NCBI GenBank assembly: GCA_964016885.1
Contig: OZ024745.1
Location: forward strand, 33,604,001-33,668,000
From: Eledone cirrhosa
Lineage: Eukaryota
Length of the DNA: 64,000 nt
Reading direction: 5' to 3'
Shown here in pieces: positions 12,866-26,380 of this stretch (its first letter is position 1; every line of letters starts with the position of its first letter). The notes under the pieces were generated by a model, which saw only the letters and a list, made by a program, of their open reading frames with translations, was not told where the DNA came from and made no database searches. The position numbers and the translations under genes were made by a program.

Positions 12866-12909
12866 TATCAAAGTTCTTTCGTTGCACATCTGCAACATCG
12901 TCAGTGGTG
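12866..12909 (-). ncRNA. Minimal type I hammerhead ribozyme motif in the left pseudo-LTR
   Basis: CACCA-CUGACGA-U-GUUGCA gaug UGCAAC-GAAA-GAAC-UU-UGAUA; stem I is weak. Confidence 0.75.
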
Positions 12910-13670
12910 CTATTATGTTTCCTCCCATTGCATTGTATGCTTACACCATCTTTATTTAGTCTGTTTATTTATTTATTTATTTGTTTATTTTTTTTGTCTT
13001 CTCTGCGCATGCGATTGTGTGTGTGTATAGTGTTTTGTTTGATGTGTATTCTTGTTTGGGTGACTGTGTATTGGTTAATGTATTCTATCTTAGTTTACTA
13101 GTGTGTGTTTATATGTGTTTGTTGTTATTGTGCTTGTGTATTTATTTATTTATTTATACTTCTCTTAGGTCAGTGTTGTTTGTTTGGGTGTTGTTATTCC
13201 ATTCATTTTTTTCTGTTTAGCCTTGGCCTTCTAAGTTCTATTTCGCTGGCCTCTCTGATTTGTATACCTGCTGGGTCATTTCTATGTTTAGATATTATTC
13301 TAACTTCTATGTTGTGTTGTTGTCTGGCATGTTCGTATAGTACTGAACCGTTTTTTTGTCCTTTTAGTTCTCCCCAGTGTTGGTCTATCCTTTCACCTAT
13401 GCTACGAGCTGTCTCGCCTATGTATGTTGTTGTCATGTTTCTGCAAGTACCCTCTGTACATCTTATGCTATAGACTACGTTTCTAGTTTTACAGTTTATC
13501 CGGGGGTTTACTCTACATATGATACATTTCCTATTAGTACAGTGGGTTTTCTTAAAAGGGTAGGTTTTGCTGATCAGGGATTTTATGGTGGTTCCTGGCT
13601 TTTCTACCACCTTAATCTTTAAGTGGGTCTTTCTCAGGGCCTTTCTACACTGGTTAGCTAATTTCCAATT

Positions 13671-16600
13671 TTGTGCCAAGCTGAAAGGTTATTGAAAGAC
13701 ACTGTTTTCTGTTATATAAAAGCTACAATAACAACAGAACAAATCCGCTTCTTAAAACACTGTGTTTCCTCCAAAATATACACAACAGACATATCAAAAC
13801 AAGTAAATAATTTATTATTGAACAAAACACAAGCTGAACGACTAAAACACACAATAACAGTTAATATGAAAAGGACAACATACACAAAAGTTAACAAACT
13901 TTACAGACAGAAACGCATTAACGGTAAGGAAGTCCGAAATCTCACCACACCAAACAAGAAGGATAACTTCATGAGCGTCATTCGACGTGAAACGAAATAC
14001 GCTCGAAACGAATGCAATAGGCATTTCAATAAGAAATTAGAATGGATGAATAAGAAAAAACTAGAAGAAAGAAAAATAGAATATTCACAAAAATACCCAG
14101 ATAACATCAACAATATCCGTATGACTGATGTAGAACTACCGGAAGAATTTACCAATGACCACACAGTAAATATTTATGGGAACACTTTAATCAGTGAACA
14201 AGAACAACAAATCCTGCAGCTATCACCAAAATTTGCCATCTACAAAAAGATTAACCCTATTGAGTGCAAAAAGGAGCTGGAAAAGTGTTTCACAAAAATA
14301 CGTTGGAATGCAAAAGTAAACAACAACAACAACTATACGGACAACAACAACAATAATAACGATAGTAGTAATATAAACAATAACTCTGAGTATAGAAATA
14401 ACAGCTATAATAGTAATAGTCATAACAATAACAATAGCAGGAGAGTGAGAAATAGTAATAATGGTAATAATATTAACGATAGACAGAACAACAACAACAA
14501 TAATAATAATAATAATAGAAACATTAACTACAGACACAGCCCAAGCGACCACAGTAGTAATAACGGTAACAATACGAATAACAACAACAACAACCACAGT
14601 GGTAATAATAGAAATAATACATGTAGCAACATTAATGATAGACACAACAACAACAAGAAACATAATAAAAGTAACAACCACAATGGTAGAAATAACAGTA
14701 ACAACAATAATAACGGTGGAGAAAACAACATCTAACAATCACAGCAACAATACATCTAGCAATCATAACAATAATAATAATGCTAATGATAGGAACAACA
14801 ACAACCACCATAATAACAATAATAGCAACACACACAACTATGACGATAGATATAATGACAACCCCTTAGAGAAACTATTCTTCAACCCAGCTGACAAAAC
14901 ATATAAGATGGGTAATATCTATCCTATGAGGTTACCCTTTAATAAAAGAGTTTGCGTACCACAACAAATAGATGACGAGACAGAGGCACAGTTCACCATA
15001 GCTAGAAATAAGATTAGACAAATAGTAGACAGGTATACTAAGAGACAGAGCAGACCAGAGGTCCAACAACTTGGGAGGAAACCTGTAGAAGGCTTGGTTA
15101 GCCTCAAGCAGCGCACAAGGGATGGTGAGGTAGTATGTTTACCCATGGATAAGTCTGGTAGGATGTCAATAGACAGCATGCCGAACTACATCAAGGCTAT
15201 GCAACCCCACATCACCAACACGAGCGAAATTGCACAGCAAATACATGATGGGAGAGAGAAAATCCTCAACGCTCACATGATGATGTGGACGGACATCCTA
15301 AAGCCAAGCAGACGCACTGCCAACAACTTCCAGGCGTCCAACAATGGCATACCACCCTTGTATGGGCTCCGCAAAGACCAAAGACAGTCGACGACCTGAC
15401 AACAGGACCACCAACAAGACCTGTATGCGGAACAAATATAGCTAGCAACTACAGGATCTCCTACTTCCTCTCAATTGTTATACGCCCCATAATCAAGATG
15501 TCCCCAGATGTATGTGACAGTACAGAGGACCTCCTCAGCAGAATCAGTGAGTGAAACAAAAACAGGAATCTATCCAACTGCATAATAGGCAGTATGGATG
15601 TGGTATCACTGTACCCATCCATTAACATTGATTTTGCTGTAGAAAAATGTGTGGAGATGATCATTGAGAGTGAGGTGGAGTTTTGCGACGTCGACACAGA
15701 CGAACTGGGCCTCCTACTTAGACTTACCTACGACACTGACTACCTAGACAGCCATGACCTTAGACGTTTCTGCCCCAGTAGACCCATAAGAGGTAGACCC
15801 TCCACCATAACCTCAATGGCAAAAAAGACTCCCATGGGGAGGTGGATTGGGTGGACCAAAGCTATACGGATCCCCCAAAACAATGATCAGGTAAGAAAAA
15901 TGGTTGCACATGCAATAGGGGCTAGTATCAAAACTACCCTAAAGGGCCACATATTCAAGTTCAATGAGAAGATCTACACCCAAAATGAGGGAGCAGCCAT
16001 TGGTGTCAGCATAGCTGGTGATGTTGCCAACCTTTTTATGGTATGGTGGTAAAGGAGACTCAAAGATCTCCTTGACGAGAGCTCCATAGACCTCATCATG
16101 TTCTCTCATTACGTAGACGACATCAATATAGTAATAAGGACATCCCCACAAGAGAGCACTAATAAGTTTGATTTAGAACGTTGCACAATGGAAAGCATCC
16201 AGCAGATAGCTAATTCCATACACCAGAGTATAACTGTAACTATCGACTACCCTTCCAAACACCCTAACAATAGACTACCTGTATTAGACATGGAACTCTG
16301 GATTAACACTATAGACGAGAGAGCCCAAATTCTCCACTCACACTATGCTAAACCCATGGCCTCCAAATACCTGATACTCAAAAACTCAGCAATGTCCAGT
16401 AGTGCTAAGTTTAATATTCTGATCGCAGACTTGGTACGAGTGATGAAGAACGTGTCCCGCTTGTGCGACCCAACAGAAATGGAAAGACACATCCAACAAT
16501 TCATCAACCGCATGCGTTCTCTGGCTACAACCAAAGAGATAGAATCAGAGTATACGAAGGAACCACGGAGAAGTATAAGACCCTCATAGAACTGGACATG

Positions 16601-17247
16601 AAAGGAATTTTCCCATTATACAGGAGCAAATCATGGAATAGCTTAGATAGGACTAGACATAAGATAGGGAAAGCCACCTCATGGTATGACAACCATGTTT
16701 GTGGACGCTACCCCTGGAGGGAAATTAGCTAACCAGTGTAGAAAGGCCCTGAGAAAGACCCACTTAAAGATTAAGGTGGCAGAAAAAGCCAGGAACCACC
16801 ATAAAATCCCTGATCAGCAAAACCTACACTTTTAAGAAAACCCACTGTACTAATAGGAAATGTATCATATGTAGAGTAAACCCCCGGATAAACAGTAAAA
16901 CTAGAAACGTAGTCTATAGCATAAGATGTACAGAGGGTACTTGCAGAAACATGACAACAACATACATAGGCGAGACAGCTCGTAGCATAGGTGAAAGGAT
17001 AGACCAACACTGGGGAGAACTAAAAGGACGAAAAAACGGTTCAGTACTATACAAACATGCCAGACAACAACATGACGGTAACATAGACAACATAGAAGTT
17101 AGAATAATATCTAAACATAGAAATGACCCAGCAGATAGGCAAATCAGAGAGGCCAGCGAAATAGAACTTAGAAGGCCAAGGCTAAACAGAAAAAATGAAT
17201 GGAATAACAACACCCAAACAAACAACACTGACCTAAGAGAAGTATAA
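13671..17247 (+). pseudogene. PLE polyprotein (N-terminal domain, Asn-rich insert, RT, GIY-YIG) with several stops and frameshifts
   Basis: IRFLKHC, LQLSPKFAI, MDKSGR, MDVVSLYPSI, HYVDD, YIGETARS; (AAC/AAT)n at 14320-14860. Confidence 0.9.
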
Positions 17248-17487
17248 ATAAATAAATAAATACATACACAAGCACAATAACAACAAACATATAAACACAC
17301 ACTAGTAAACTAAGATAGAATACATTAACCAATACACAGTCACCCAAACAAGAACACACATCAAACAAAACACTATACACACACGCAAACGCATGCGCAG
17401 AGAAGACAAAAAAAAACAAAACAAATAAATAAATAAATAAACAGACTAAATAAAGATGGCGTAATGCAACGGGAGGAAACATAATAG

Positions 17488-17531
17488 CACCACTGACGAT
17501 GTTGCAGATGTGCAATGAAAGAACTTTGATA
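17488..17531 (+). ncRNA. Minimal type I hammerhead ribozyme motif in the right pseudo-LTR
   Basis: CACCA-CUGACGA-U-GUUGCA gaug UGCAAU-GAAA-GAAC-UU-UGAUA. Confidence 0.72.
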
Positions 17532-17726
17532 GACTATATATATGTGTTTGTGTCTATATTGTAACTGTATTTTTGACCGTTGGTCAGTCAATGGCAACAT
17601 TGAGGACCGAATAAATTAAATTAACCGATATAAAAGACACAGAAGCGAAAACCAACCAAACAGTGAGTGTGTTGTTATTAATTCTGGCAATATTATTACA
17701 CAAATATGACCCTCTCCGAGTATAAC

Positions 17727-20545
17727 TATATTCCAGGAGGAAACATATCCAAAACAACTGTACACGTAGATCCTAAAATAATTAATTTATCCAAAAGAGA
17801 TCTTGACAATGATGAAATGCAAATTTTGTCAAAAGGACTGAAATTCACACCGACTCCAACAGTCAACCACCAAGAACTGAAGGAGGATACCCAAGAATTC
17901 TGTCGAAGATTACGTCTTGTAGAATTCTTCGCTGATAAAAGTAATGAGAGTGATGAATGACTAGTAAAGAATAAATCAAATTTCACTCCGCCAAAAGGAA
18001 GAAATATCTATCTCGACCAATACATTGACATCCTGTCTAAATTTCCTCTTAGACATAATACTAATGTTAGGCCAAACATTAGCAAATCAGAAATGTCTGC
18101 ACTTAAACGTATACAAAATGACAAAACAATAATAATTAAACAAGCAGATAAAGGGGGTGCAGTTGTTATAATGGATACTGAATACTACAAGGATTTGGTT
18201 GAGGAACAACTGAAAGACACAACATTCTATCATGAAATACTGTCAAATATAGACCACAACATCATGAAGAAGATCAACAACCTGGCTTCAAAATACCACA
18301 ACTCACTTACTGATAAGGAAAGAGACTACATCACCAATTTTGAGCCCAAACCCAGCAACCTGTATGGCCTACCGAAAGTTCTTAAGTCAAAAGAAATACA
18401 ACTGGCAGTAAAAGAACAAAACAGTGAGTACATTAAATTACTACACCCAACAGACTTAAAACTTAGACCTATTATAGCTGGTTCAACATGCCCCACCCAC
18501 CGTCTAAGCAATTTTGTTGACATTATTTTGAAACCACTATGTATTCACATACCCAGTTTCATCCGGGATGATATTGACTTCCTGTCCCATCTTCCCAAAA
18601 CCATGGAAACGAATTCACTTCTACTTAGTTTTGATGTGGTAAGCCTTTACACCAACGTTACACATGATTTAGGAATAAAGGCGGTTAAATACTGGGTGGA
18701 AAAACATAGAGAAGTGATTCCCATCAGATTTACAGCACCATTTATATTAGACGCAGTTAAACTTATTCTGGAAAACAACACTGTCTTCTTCAATGGAAAG
18801 AATTACATCCAAATTAGAGGCACAGCGATGGGAACGAAGTTTGCTCCCATTTACGCGAACTCTGTAATGGGATACTTAGAACAACAACTCTACCAAGAAA
18901 TAGAGGAAAAATATAGCACTGACTTTAGAAAGTACATTGAAAAATCTTGGAAGAGATACCTTGACAACTGTTTCATCATCTGGACAGAATCTCTAGATAC
19001 TCTGGATGAGTTCAATATCCTCCTGAATAACCTACACCCATCTCTCCAATTCACAAAAGAGATGAGTAGTACCAAATTACCATTCCTAGATATAATGATA
19101 ATCAAAAACGACACCACCATTACCACGGATATATATTATAAACACACAGACACCCATCAATATCTGAATTTTAAGTCATGCCATCCACCTCATACAAAAT
19201 GCAACATCCCATACTGCCTAGTCAGAAGAATTTGTACCATTGTAGAAGATACGAATACCAGGTACAAACACCTAACAGAACTAAGAGAAATTTTGCTCAA
19301 ACAAAAATACCCATCTCTACTTATAGAAAATGGCATACAGCGGGCTATAAAAATACCTATACAACAACTTAGGACAACCCAAGGAAGAAGAAACCAAGAA
19401 CTGGTCATACCATTTATAATGACACACAACCCATGTCACCAGAATATCTTCAACACTGCCAAAGCAAACCTACCGATCATTGCTCAAAGTAATGAATTAA
19501 AAGGCTTAATCACAGATTGATCTTTGACTCTTAGTAAAAGACAGCCGAAAAATTTGAAGCAATTACTAACAAAAGCAAAGTTTGACCTTAACAACAAAGA
19601 CCAATCATTCACTGTATCTAAATGCAATGATAGTTGATGTGGCACATGTCAATCTATACACGCTGGTCAATATATGAAAACAAAAACTGGAAAAATATTT
19701 CCAAATGCAAATATGAACTGCAAAAGCAGAAATCTAATTTACTGCATTAAATGCCCGAATTGTGAAGAACTATATGTCGGTCAAACTGGAAATGCACTAT
19801 CGGAACATGCACGGGTACACCGACAGCAAATCAGAGACCCAAATGTCCGTCAGATACCCCTAAGTAACCATCTAGCAACATGTGGTCAGGGAATATTTAT
19901 AATATTCCCATTCTACAAATTACACAGCCCAAGTGAAATCAAGAGAAAAATCAAAGAAAATAATTTTATTGATAAATTCAAACCCAAGCTAAATGAACAA
20001 TAATAATGGGGTATTAATCCTACTATGACTATGACTATGGCCACTAACAACAATAATAATAATAATAATAAAAGTGATGTTGATGGTTACTAGAAAATGC
20101 TATTTTCATCATTTCTAAAAATAGCAAAACAATTGATGCTTTGGATAGGGTCAATTAGTAGTCGTTAGATATGCTCAACCAACCGTGACGCCTAAACCAA
20201 TCAGTTTTAGTAATCCAGTGAAACTACACACCGACTGGTTGAAATACAGTTTGCAAGATTTAGCATTCTGGAACAACTTTTCACTGTATATAAGGCACAA
20301 AATTTACCCATCTCATTACAGTTGAAAATTGCAAACTTGACTGTCACCACACAATATGAACCTGAAGATTGCGAAAGCATGAAAGTACTTGTTCAATTAA
20401 CACTTAACATTTAATATTCTACCATACTATTTCATTCTAATACCATTATAAATTTTAAAGGATTGTAAATAAAACGAGTAAATCAGACAAAGTTGGAATT
20501 CCTTTTATTAATATAATCTTCGATACACAATCATACACACCCGTG
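17727..20545 (+). mobile_element. Penelope-like element, Neptune-like, 5'-truncated, three in-frame stops
   Basis: IINLS..LSKGLKFTPTP, KQADKGGAVV, LRPIIAG, FDVVSLYTN, GTAMGTKFAP, WKRYLDN, LPFLD, KC..CGTC linker, LIYCIKC..YVGQT..H, KFKPKLN; 3' UTR with a hammerhead. Confidence 0.93.
20357..20395 (+). ncRNA. Minimal type I hammerhead ribozyme in the PLE 3' UTR
   Basis: UGAAC-CUGAAGA-U-UGC gaaa GCA-U-GAAA-GUAC-UU-GUUCA: perfect stem I, GNRA-capped stem II, palindromic stem III. Confidence 0.88.
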
Positions 20546-20571
20546 TATATTTATCTCTCTCTCTCTATATA

Positions 20572-20716
20572 TGTCGTTTATTTATCAAATATTTCTTCAT
20601 AGGAGCCTTTTAATCTTATAGCCTGGTCTAATTGATTTTTTATGTGGTTAATTATGCTAATTGGGAGAGGAAATGGTGTATATATATTATCAAATGATTC
20701 TATGGACATACTTTAT
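20572..20716 (+). repeat. Solo partial copy of the terminal repeat of the 29350-30217 element
   Basis: Reverse complement of 29350-29494, with scattered substitutions. Confidence 0.85.
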
Positions 20717-20757
20717 CATATATATATATATATATATATGAATATTAATATAGATGA

Positions 20758-20806
20758 GATTCTACAGGACTAGAACTGTTTCATTCTTTAGAAATCATCA
20801 GGGATC
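20758..20806 (-). ncRNA. Type I hammerhead motif in a ~120-bp insert between (TA)n tracts
   Basis: GAUCC-CUGAUGA-U-UUC uaaa GAA-U-GAAA-CAG uucuaguc CUG-UA-GAAUC. Confidence 0.75.
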
Positions 20807-20888
20807 TGGGTATCAAAAAATAAATATGGTATTTATAGGACTCTTCAGAATAACGTACGTATATATATGAATATATATATATATATAA

Positions 20889-21232
20889 TCATCATCATCA
20901 TCATCATCATTTTAAGTCCACTTTTCCCTGCTTGCAAGGGTGGGACGAGAACTGATTCTGGATTGATTTCTACAGCTGGATGCCCTTCCTAACACCAACT
21001 TCATTTACAGTGAGTGCTGGGTGGTTTTTGCTGTGGCACCTCCACGACCACTTTGCAGTGGAATGATATGGACCCCAGTCTCTATCATCTCATTTCTACA
21101 GCTGAGTAAACTGGAGCAATGTGAAATAAAGTGTCTTGTTCAAGGAAACAACACATCACTCGGTCTGAGAATTGAACTCACAACCTTTCGATTGCAAGGC
21201 CAATGCTCTAACCACTAAGCCATGTGCCTCCA
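20889..21232 (-). mobile_element. tRNA-head, CORE-like SINE with RTE-derived 3' tail
   Basis: TGGCTTAGTGG (A box), GAGTTCAATTC (B box), TTCCTTGAACAAGACACTTTA (CORE-like), GGAAGGGCATCCAGCTGTAGAAA shared with the RTE 3' UTR, (GAT)n tail. Confidence 0.9.
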
Positions 21233-21236
21233 TCCA

Positions 21237-21840
<604 letters not shown>

Positions 21841-22155
21841 TAGGTTAGGAAAGAAACCAGCCGTTATATAGAGAGAAAAATGAAAAGTAACCAGACATAG
21901 GCAAGGCAGAATTTAAAAACCCTATGTTTTAATGTATAAATATTAGTTCGTATAAAAACCAGGCACTATAATGTAAATATCAGTATTCCTGAATGAGACA
22001 CGTATCCATAATGTGTGAAAAGTAATGATCTTATGTCGTTTTCTTTCTTTCTTTCCTTCTTTAATATCGTAAATATACTCCAAATACTTGTTGAGTGCTT
22101 TTATATCAGTTATAAATATTTACTAGTTGTAACCCAACAATTTAAATATAACTTT

Positions 22156-22159
<4 letters not shown>

Positions 22160-22214
<55 letters not shown>

Positions 22215-22633
22215 TATATACACACATACACACACACACGTGTGTGTACAAGCATACACATACACAAACATAACCATACACACACACATATATATACACA
22301 TACATACATTCACACAAACATACAACGTACATACATACACATACATGAATGCACTCCTCTACATATTCACACACGCAAATAAATATAAGAAAAAAAGATA
22401 TAAATATATATTAAAAAATTTTTGACACCGATACATGCCCAGCTAACAGGACAGACACGCGTGGTAAGTAATACACACAAAAGCACGTATACATACGTAC
22501 GAAATAGTAAACACATACACACACTCTCACACATAAATATACATATACAAATACATAAACACGTACATACACATACATACACAAACACGCACACGTATAT
22601 AATATAAACACACACATGTATATGTAATTATAT

Positions 22634-22670
<37 letters not shown>

Positions 22671-22888
22671 CATACAAAAATATAAAAATATAAACGCACA
22701 CACACACACACACATATATACATACATAGCTAAACAATTATACACATGCAAATACGTATATATCAAAAGCACGCACAACCAAATACAAACACACACACAC
22801 ACACACACACCCACACATACATAAAAATAAATAAATACACACGCACACATATACACATATACATACATATATACACATATATATATAC

Positions 22889-22935
<47 letters not shown>

Positions 22936-23212
22936 TACACGTACACATACACACATGCATACACATACACACACACATATACATGTGTGTATGTGTAAAG
23001 CTCAGTATTAGATAAGACAAATGAACCTTACATAAACGTATATATAGTAGTAAAGTAATAAAGCAACACAAGGCAATTAATCCATTCACCAGAGGTTTCT
23101 TAAAGGCAAAAAAAGTTTCCTTCAATCTTCAGAATGAAAAAAGCCTGGTTTATCCACATATACATACATATACACACACAAATATACAATTATATACACA
23201 CATACACACACG

Positions 23213-23244
<32 letters not shown>

Positions 23245-23254
23245 CCCAAATATA

Positions 23255-23292
<38 letters not shown>

Positions 23293-23335
23293 CATATATA
23301 TATACACACAAAAATACATACACATACACATAGGT
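22160..23335. repeat. Compound (CA)/(TA) microsatellite region
   Basis: Direct reading. Confidence 0.9.
23082..23137 (-). ncRNA. Type I hammerhead motif with a non-canonical GUG cleavage triplet, downstream of a PLE ORF end
   Basis: UCAUU-CUGAAGA-UUGAAGG..CCUUUAA-GAAA-CC ucu GG-UG-AAUGG. Confidence 0.7.
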
Positions 23336-23497
23336 ATGTGAAGGGCAAAACAAAAAGAATATATGGGGGGGGGGCATAAGAGAAGGTAAAATATAAGGGG
23401 AGGTAAGGGAGAAAAAAATTTTGTAAATATACAAGAGTACAGAAGGTAGAGTCAGCAAAATAAAAACCGTAGCAAAAGTAAAGAGCAGAGAAGGAGT

Positions 23498-23828
23498 TCA
23501 AGGCGGTTGATTTCTCATAGGAGTGTCAATCCAGTTACAGATCAGATGCGATTTCAGATGAGGACAGCATCTGAAGATCTCAGTCTTTGAGTTAAGGCAA
23601 GCGGAAGTGGCTCTCAAGTTTAGCAAAATCCTATACTTTTCTGTGGTGCACAAAGAACAATTCTTTGTGCCCCTTTGGTACTCCCTCGAATGGTCTAATA
23701 TAGACCAATCAATAGAGTACGGGATATTACTATCCTTGAGATCCCATACCTTACTTGCGAGGGCCCTCGCAAGTAAGGTATGGGATCTCAAGGATAGTAA
23801 TATCCCGTACTCTATTGATTGGTCTATA
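23498..23828 (-). mobile_element. 3' fragment of a third PLE type (CxLCxxEK..LNxKxE..CxH end) with a perfect fold-back at its 5' truncation
   Basis: ALASKVWDLKD..IDWSIL..CSLCTTEKYRIL..LNSKTEIFRCCPH; 130-bp palindrome 23699-23828 centred on GGGCCC. Confidence 0.8.
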
Positions 23829-24099
23829 GTTAATAAGCTTGAAACTAGTAGATCGTTCCTTTGTCAGTGTTGAACAAATGAGCAACGATGGTTGCTAGAC
23901 ACTGTACGGCTTAATTTGGGATGTTTGTTTACAAACACACCGAGCATTATAATAAATGTTCGGTGAATCCATACGTACATATATATATGTGTGCATGTAT
24001 GTATATATATATACATACTACTGTACGTCTGTATACATATATGTATGTACGTATACATACTTATATATATATATATATATATGAATATATATATATCAT

Positions 24100-24225
24100 C
24101 ATTCATCATCATCATTTCATTTTACGTCCGCTTTTTCCCTGCTTGCAAGGGTGGGATGAACCTGATTCTGGCTTGATTTCTACAGCTGGATGCCCTTCCT
24201 AATACCAACCTCATTTACAGTGAGT
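24100..24225 (-). mobile_element. SINE 3' tail fragment (RTE-type tail)
   Basis: Matches the 3' part of the SINE at 20889-21232. Confidence 0.8.
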
Positions 24226-24241
24226 ATATATATATATATCA

Positions 24242-24915
24242 AAAATTAAGATAAATCAAAGTGAATTTAATCTAAATCAAAATTATGGGTGTCACGCCAG
24301 AAAGGCATGCGCCATATCACCCATAAAATAAGCTCCATGATTCTTATGAATAGGTCCGAGCATTTTATAACAACTAGAAATTGATTAACATATAAATAAA
24401 AATATGAAACAATCAAACGGGATAATTTTTACAAGTGTAGTAAGCACACATAGCTAGGTGGTAACTAAATAAAGTTAACTAGAACTTCAAAAATAGATAC
24501 CTTATAATATGATTAATCTTCCCTGTATATATTCCATTAAAGAAATATATTTCACCAATTAATCGAATGGTAAACCACGGAGGCCGATACTTGGATTTTC
24601 AACAAGGAAGAAGTCCAGCCATCTGTGTTTACGTATTAAGTTCAAAATAGCGACTGGCCAGTAACACATGCTGTATCTACTAAAAATACACACATCATAC
24701 CAGCTTCGTCCCAGTGGCGTGAATAGGGTTATCGACAACTAGAAACAGCAGTCAAGTCCTTTCAACAGAGTTAGCTCTACAATTAAGGAGCCGTATTTAT
24801 ATATCTATATCCAAAATTAAGATAAATCAAAGTGAATTTAATCTAAATCAAAATTATGGGTGTCATGCCAGAAAGACATGCGCCATATCACCCGTAAAAT
24901 AAGCTCCAAGATTCT
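24242..24915. mobile_element. Non-coding element with 103-bp direct terminal repeats (571-bp period) inserted in (TA)n
   Basis: 24242-24344 repeated at 24813-24915; TA runs on both sides; no ORF. Confidence 0.75.
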
Positions 24916-24926
24916 AATATATATAT

Positions 24927-25252
24927 ATCATCATCATCATTTAAAGTCCGCTTTTCCCTGCTTGCAATGGTGGGATGAGAACTGATTCTGGATTGATTTC
25001 TACAGCTGGATGCCCTTCCTAACACCAACCTCATTTACAGTGAGTGCTGGGTGCTTTTTTGCCGTGGCACCTCCATGACCACTTTGCAGTGGAATGATAG
25101 GGACCCCAGTCCCTATCGTCTCATTTCTACAGCTGAGTAAACTGGAGCAATGTGAAATAAAGTGTCTTGCTCAAGGAAACAACACATCACCCGGTCTGAG
25201 AATTGAACTCACAACCTTTCGATTGCAAGGCCAATGCTCTAACCACTAAGCC
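24927..25252 (-). mobile_element. tRNA/CORE SINE with RTE tail
   Basis: Near-identical to 20889-21232. Confidence 0.9.
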
Positions 25253-25257
25253 ACTAA

Positions 25258-25395
<138 letters not shown>

Positions 25396-25399
25396 CAGC

Positions 25400-26331
25400 C
25401 ACAGGAAACAAGTACCACCATTCTCTGGGAGGGCCCTGTAGAAACAGTAGACAGCTTCTGCTACCTAGGTGACCGAATTAGCAACGGAGGTGGGTGCTCA
25501 GAAAGTACAATAACTAGGGTAAGAACGGGATGGAAGAAGTTTAGGGAACTACTACCACTGCTAGCTGCAAAAGGCTTCTCCCTCAGAATGAAAGGCAGAC
25601 TGTATGATGCGTGTATCCGAACAGCGATGTTGCATGGTAGTGAGACCTGGGCGCTGAAGGTGGAAGACTTACGTAGATTAGAGAGAAACGAAGCCTGCAT
25701 GCTCCGATGGATGTGTAACAGTAATATACATGAACGACAAAGCATAAAGGAATTGAGAGAGAGACTGAGCATAAGAGGAATCAAATGCTGCGTGCAGGAG
25801 AGGCGGCTACGCTGGTATGGACATGTGATGCGTATGAAGGATGACAGCTGCATAAAAAGGTGCAGAGCACTAGAAGTTGATGGAAACCGCGGAGTGGGGA
25901 GACCCAAGATGACTTGGGATGAGGTGATAAAAGCCGACCTTACCCAACTACACCTCTCAAAGTCAATGACACACGACCGTGACTTCTGGCGTCACGCAGT
26001 AATACAGGGTACCCGACCTCCCATGGGTACATGCTGAAGCATATAAACAATATGCCCCCCCCCACGCAAGGTGGTCGTGGAGGTGCCACGGCAAAAAAGC
26101 ACCCAGCCCACACTGTAAAGTGGACGTGTAGGCGCCACGAAAAAGCACCCAGCACTCACTGTAAATGAGGTTGGTGTTAGGAAGGGCATCCAGCTGTAGA
26201 AATCAAGCCAGATCAGTTCCTGTATGAGCAAGGCATGGTCAGCCGACCAGACACTGCCCACAACAGGACAACCCGTCTAACCCATGCTAGCGTGGAAGAA
26301 CGGACGTAAAACGGTGATGATGATGATGATG

Positions 26332-26332
<1 letters not shown>
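25400..26332 (+). mobile_element. RTE LINE 3' fragment (second subfamily)
   Basis: FCYLGD, KGRLYDACIRTAMLHGSETW, RLRWYGHV, GRPKMTW; (GAT)n tail. Confidence 0.92.
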
Positions 26333-26363
<31 letters not shown>

Positions 26364-26380
26364 ATATATATATATATATA

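Larger units (their letters stand above)
12601..17726 (+). mobile_element. Penelope-like element (family B, related to family A) with ~1-kb inverted pseudo-LTRs
   Basis: 12671-13666 is the reverse complement of 16720-17726. Each repeat holds the GIY-YIG end, the 3' UTR, a hammerhead motif and the ORF start. Confidence 0.93.

Noticed and set aside
15552-19640. In-frame TGA codons in PLE ORFs as possible selenocysteine (as in Naiad PLEs)
   Set aside because: They mostly fall at apparent Ser/Arg positions, the family B copy also has TAA stops and frameshifts, the endonuclease is C-terminal, and no SECIS was seen.
21985-22030. CTGAATGAGACAC..GTGTGAAAAG hammerhead-like string
   Set aside because: The core has an extra base and stems I and III do not pair; at best a decayed relic.
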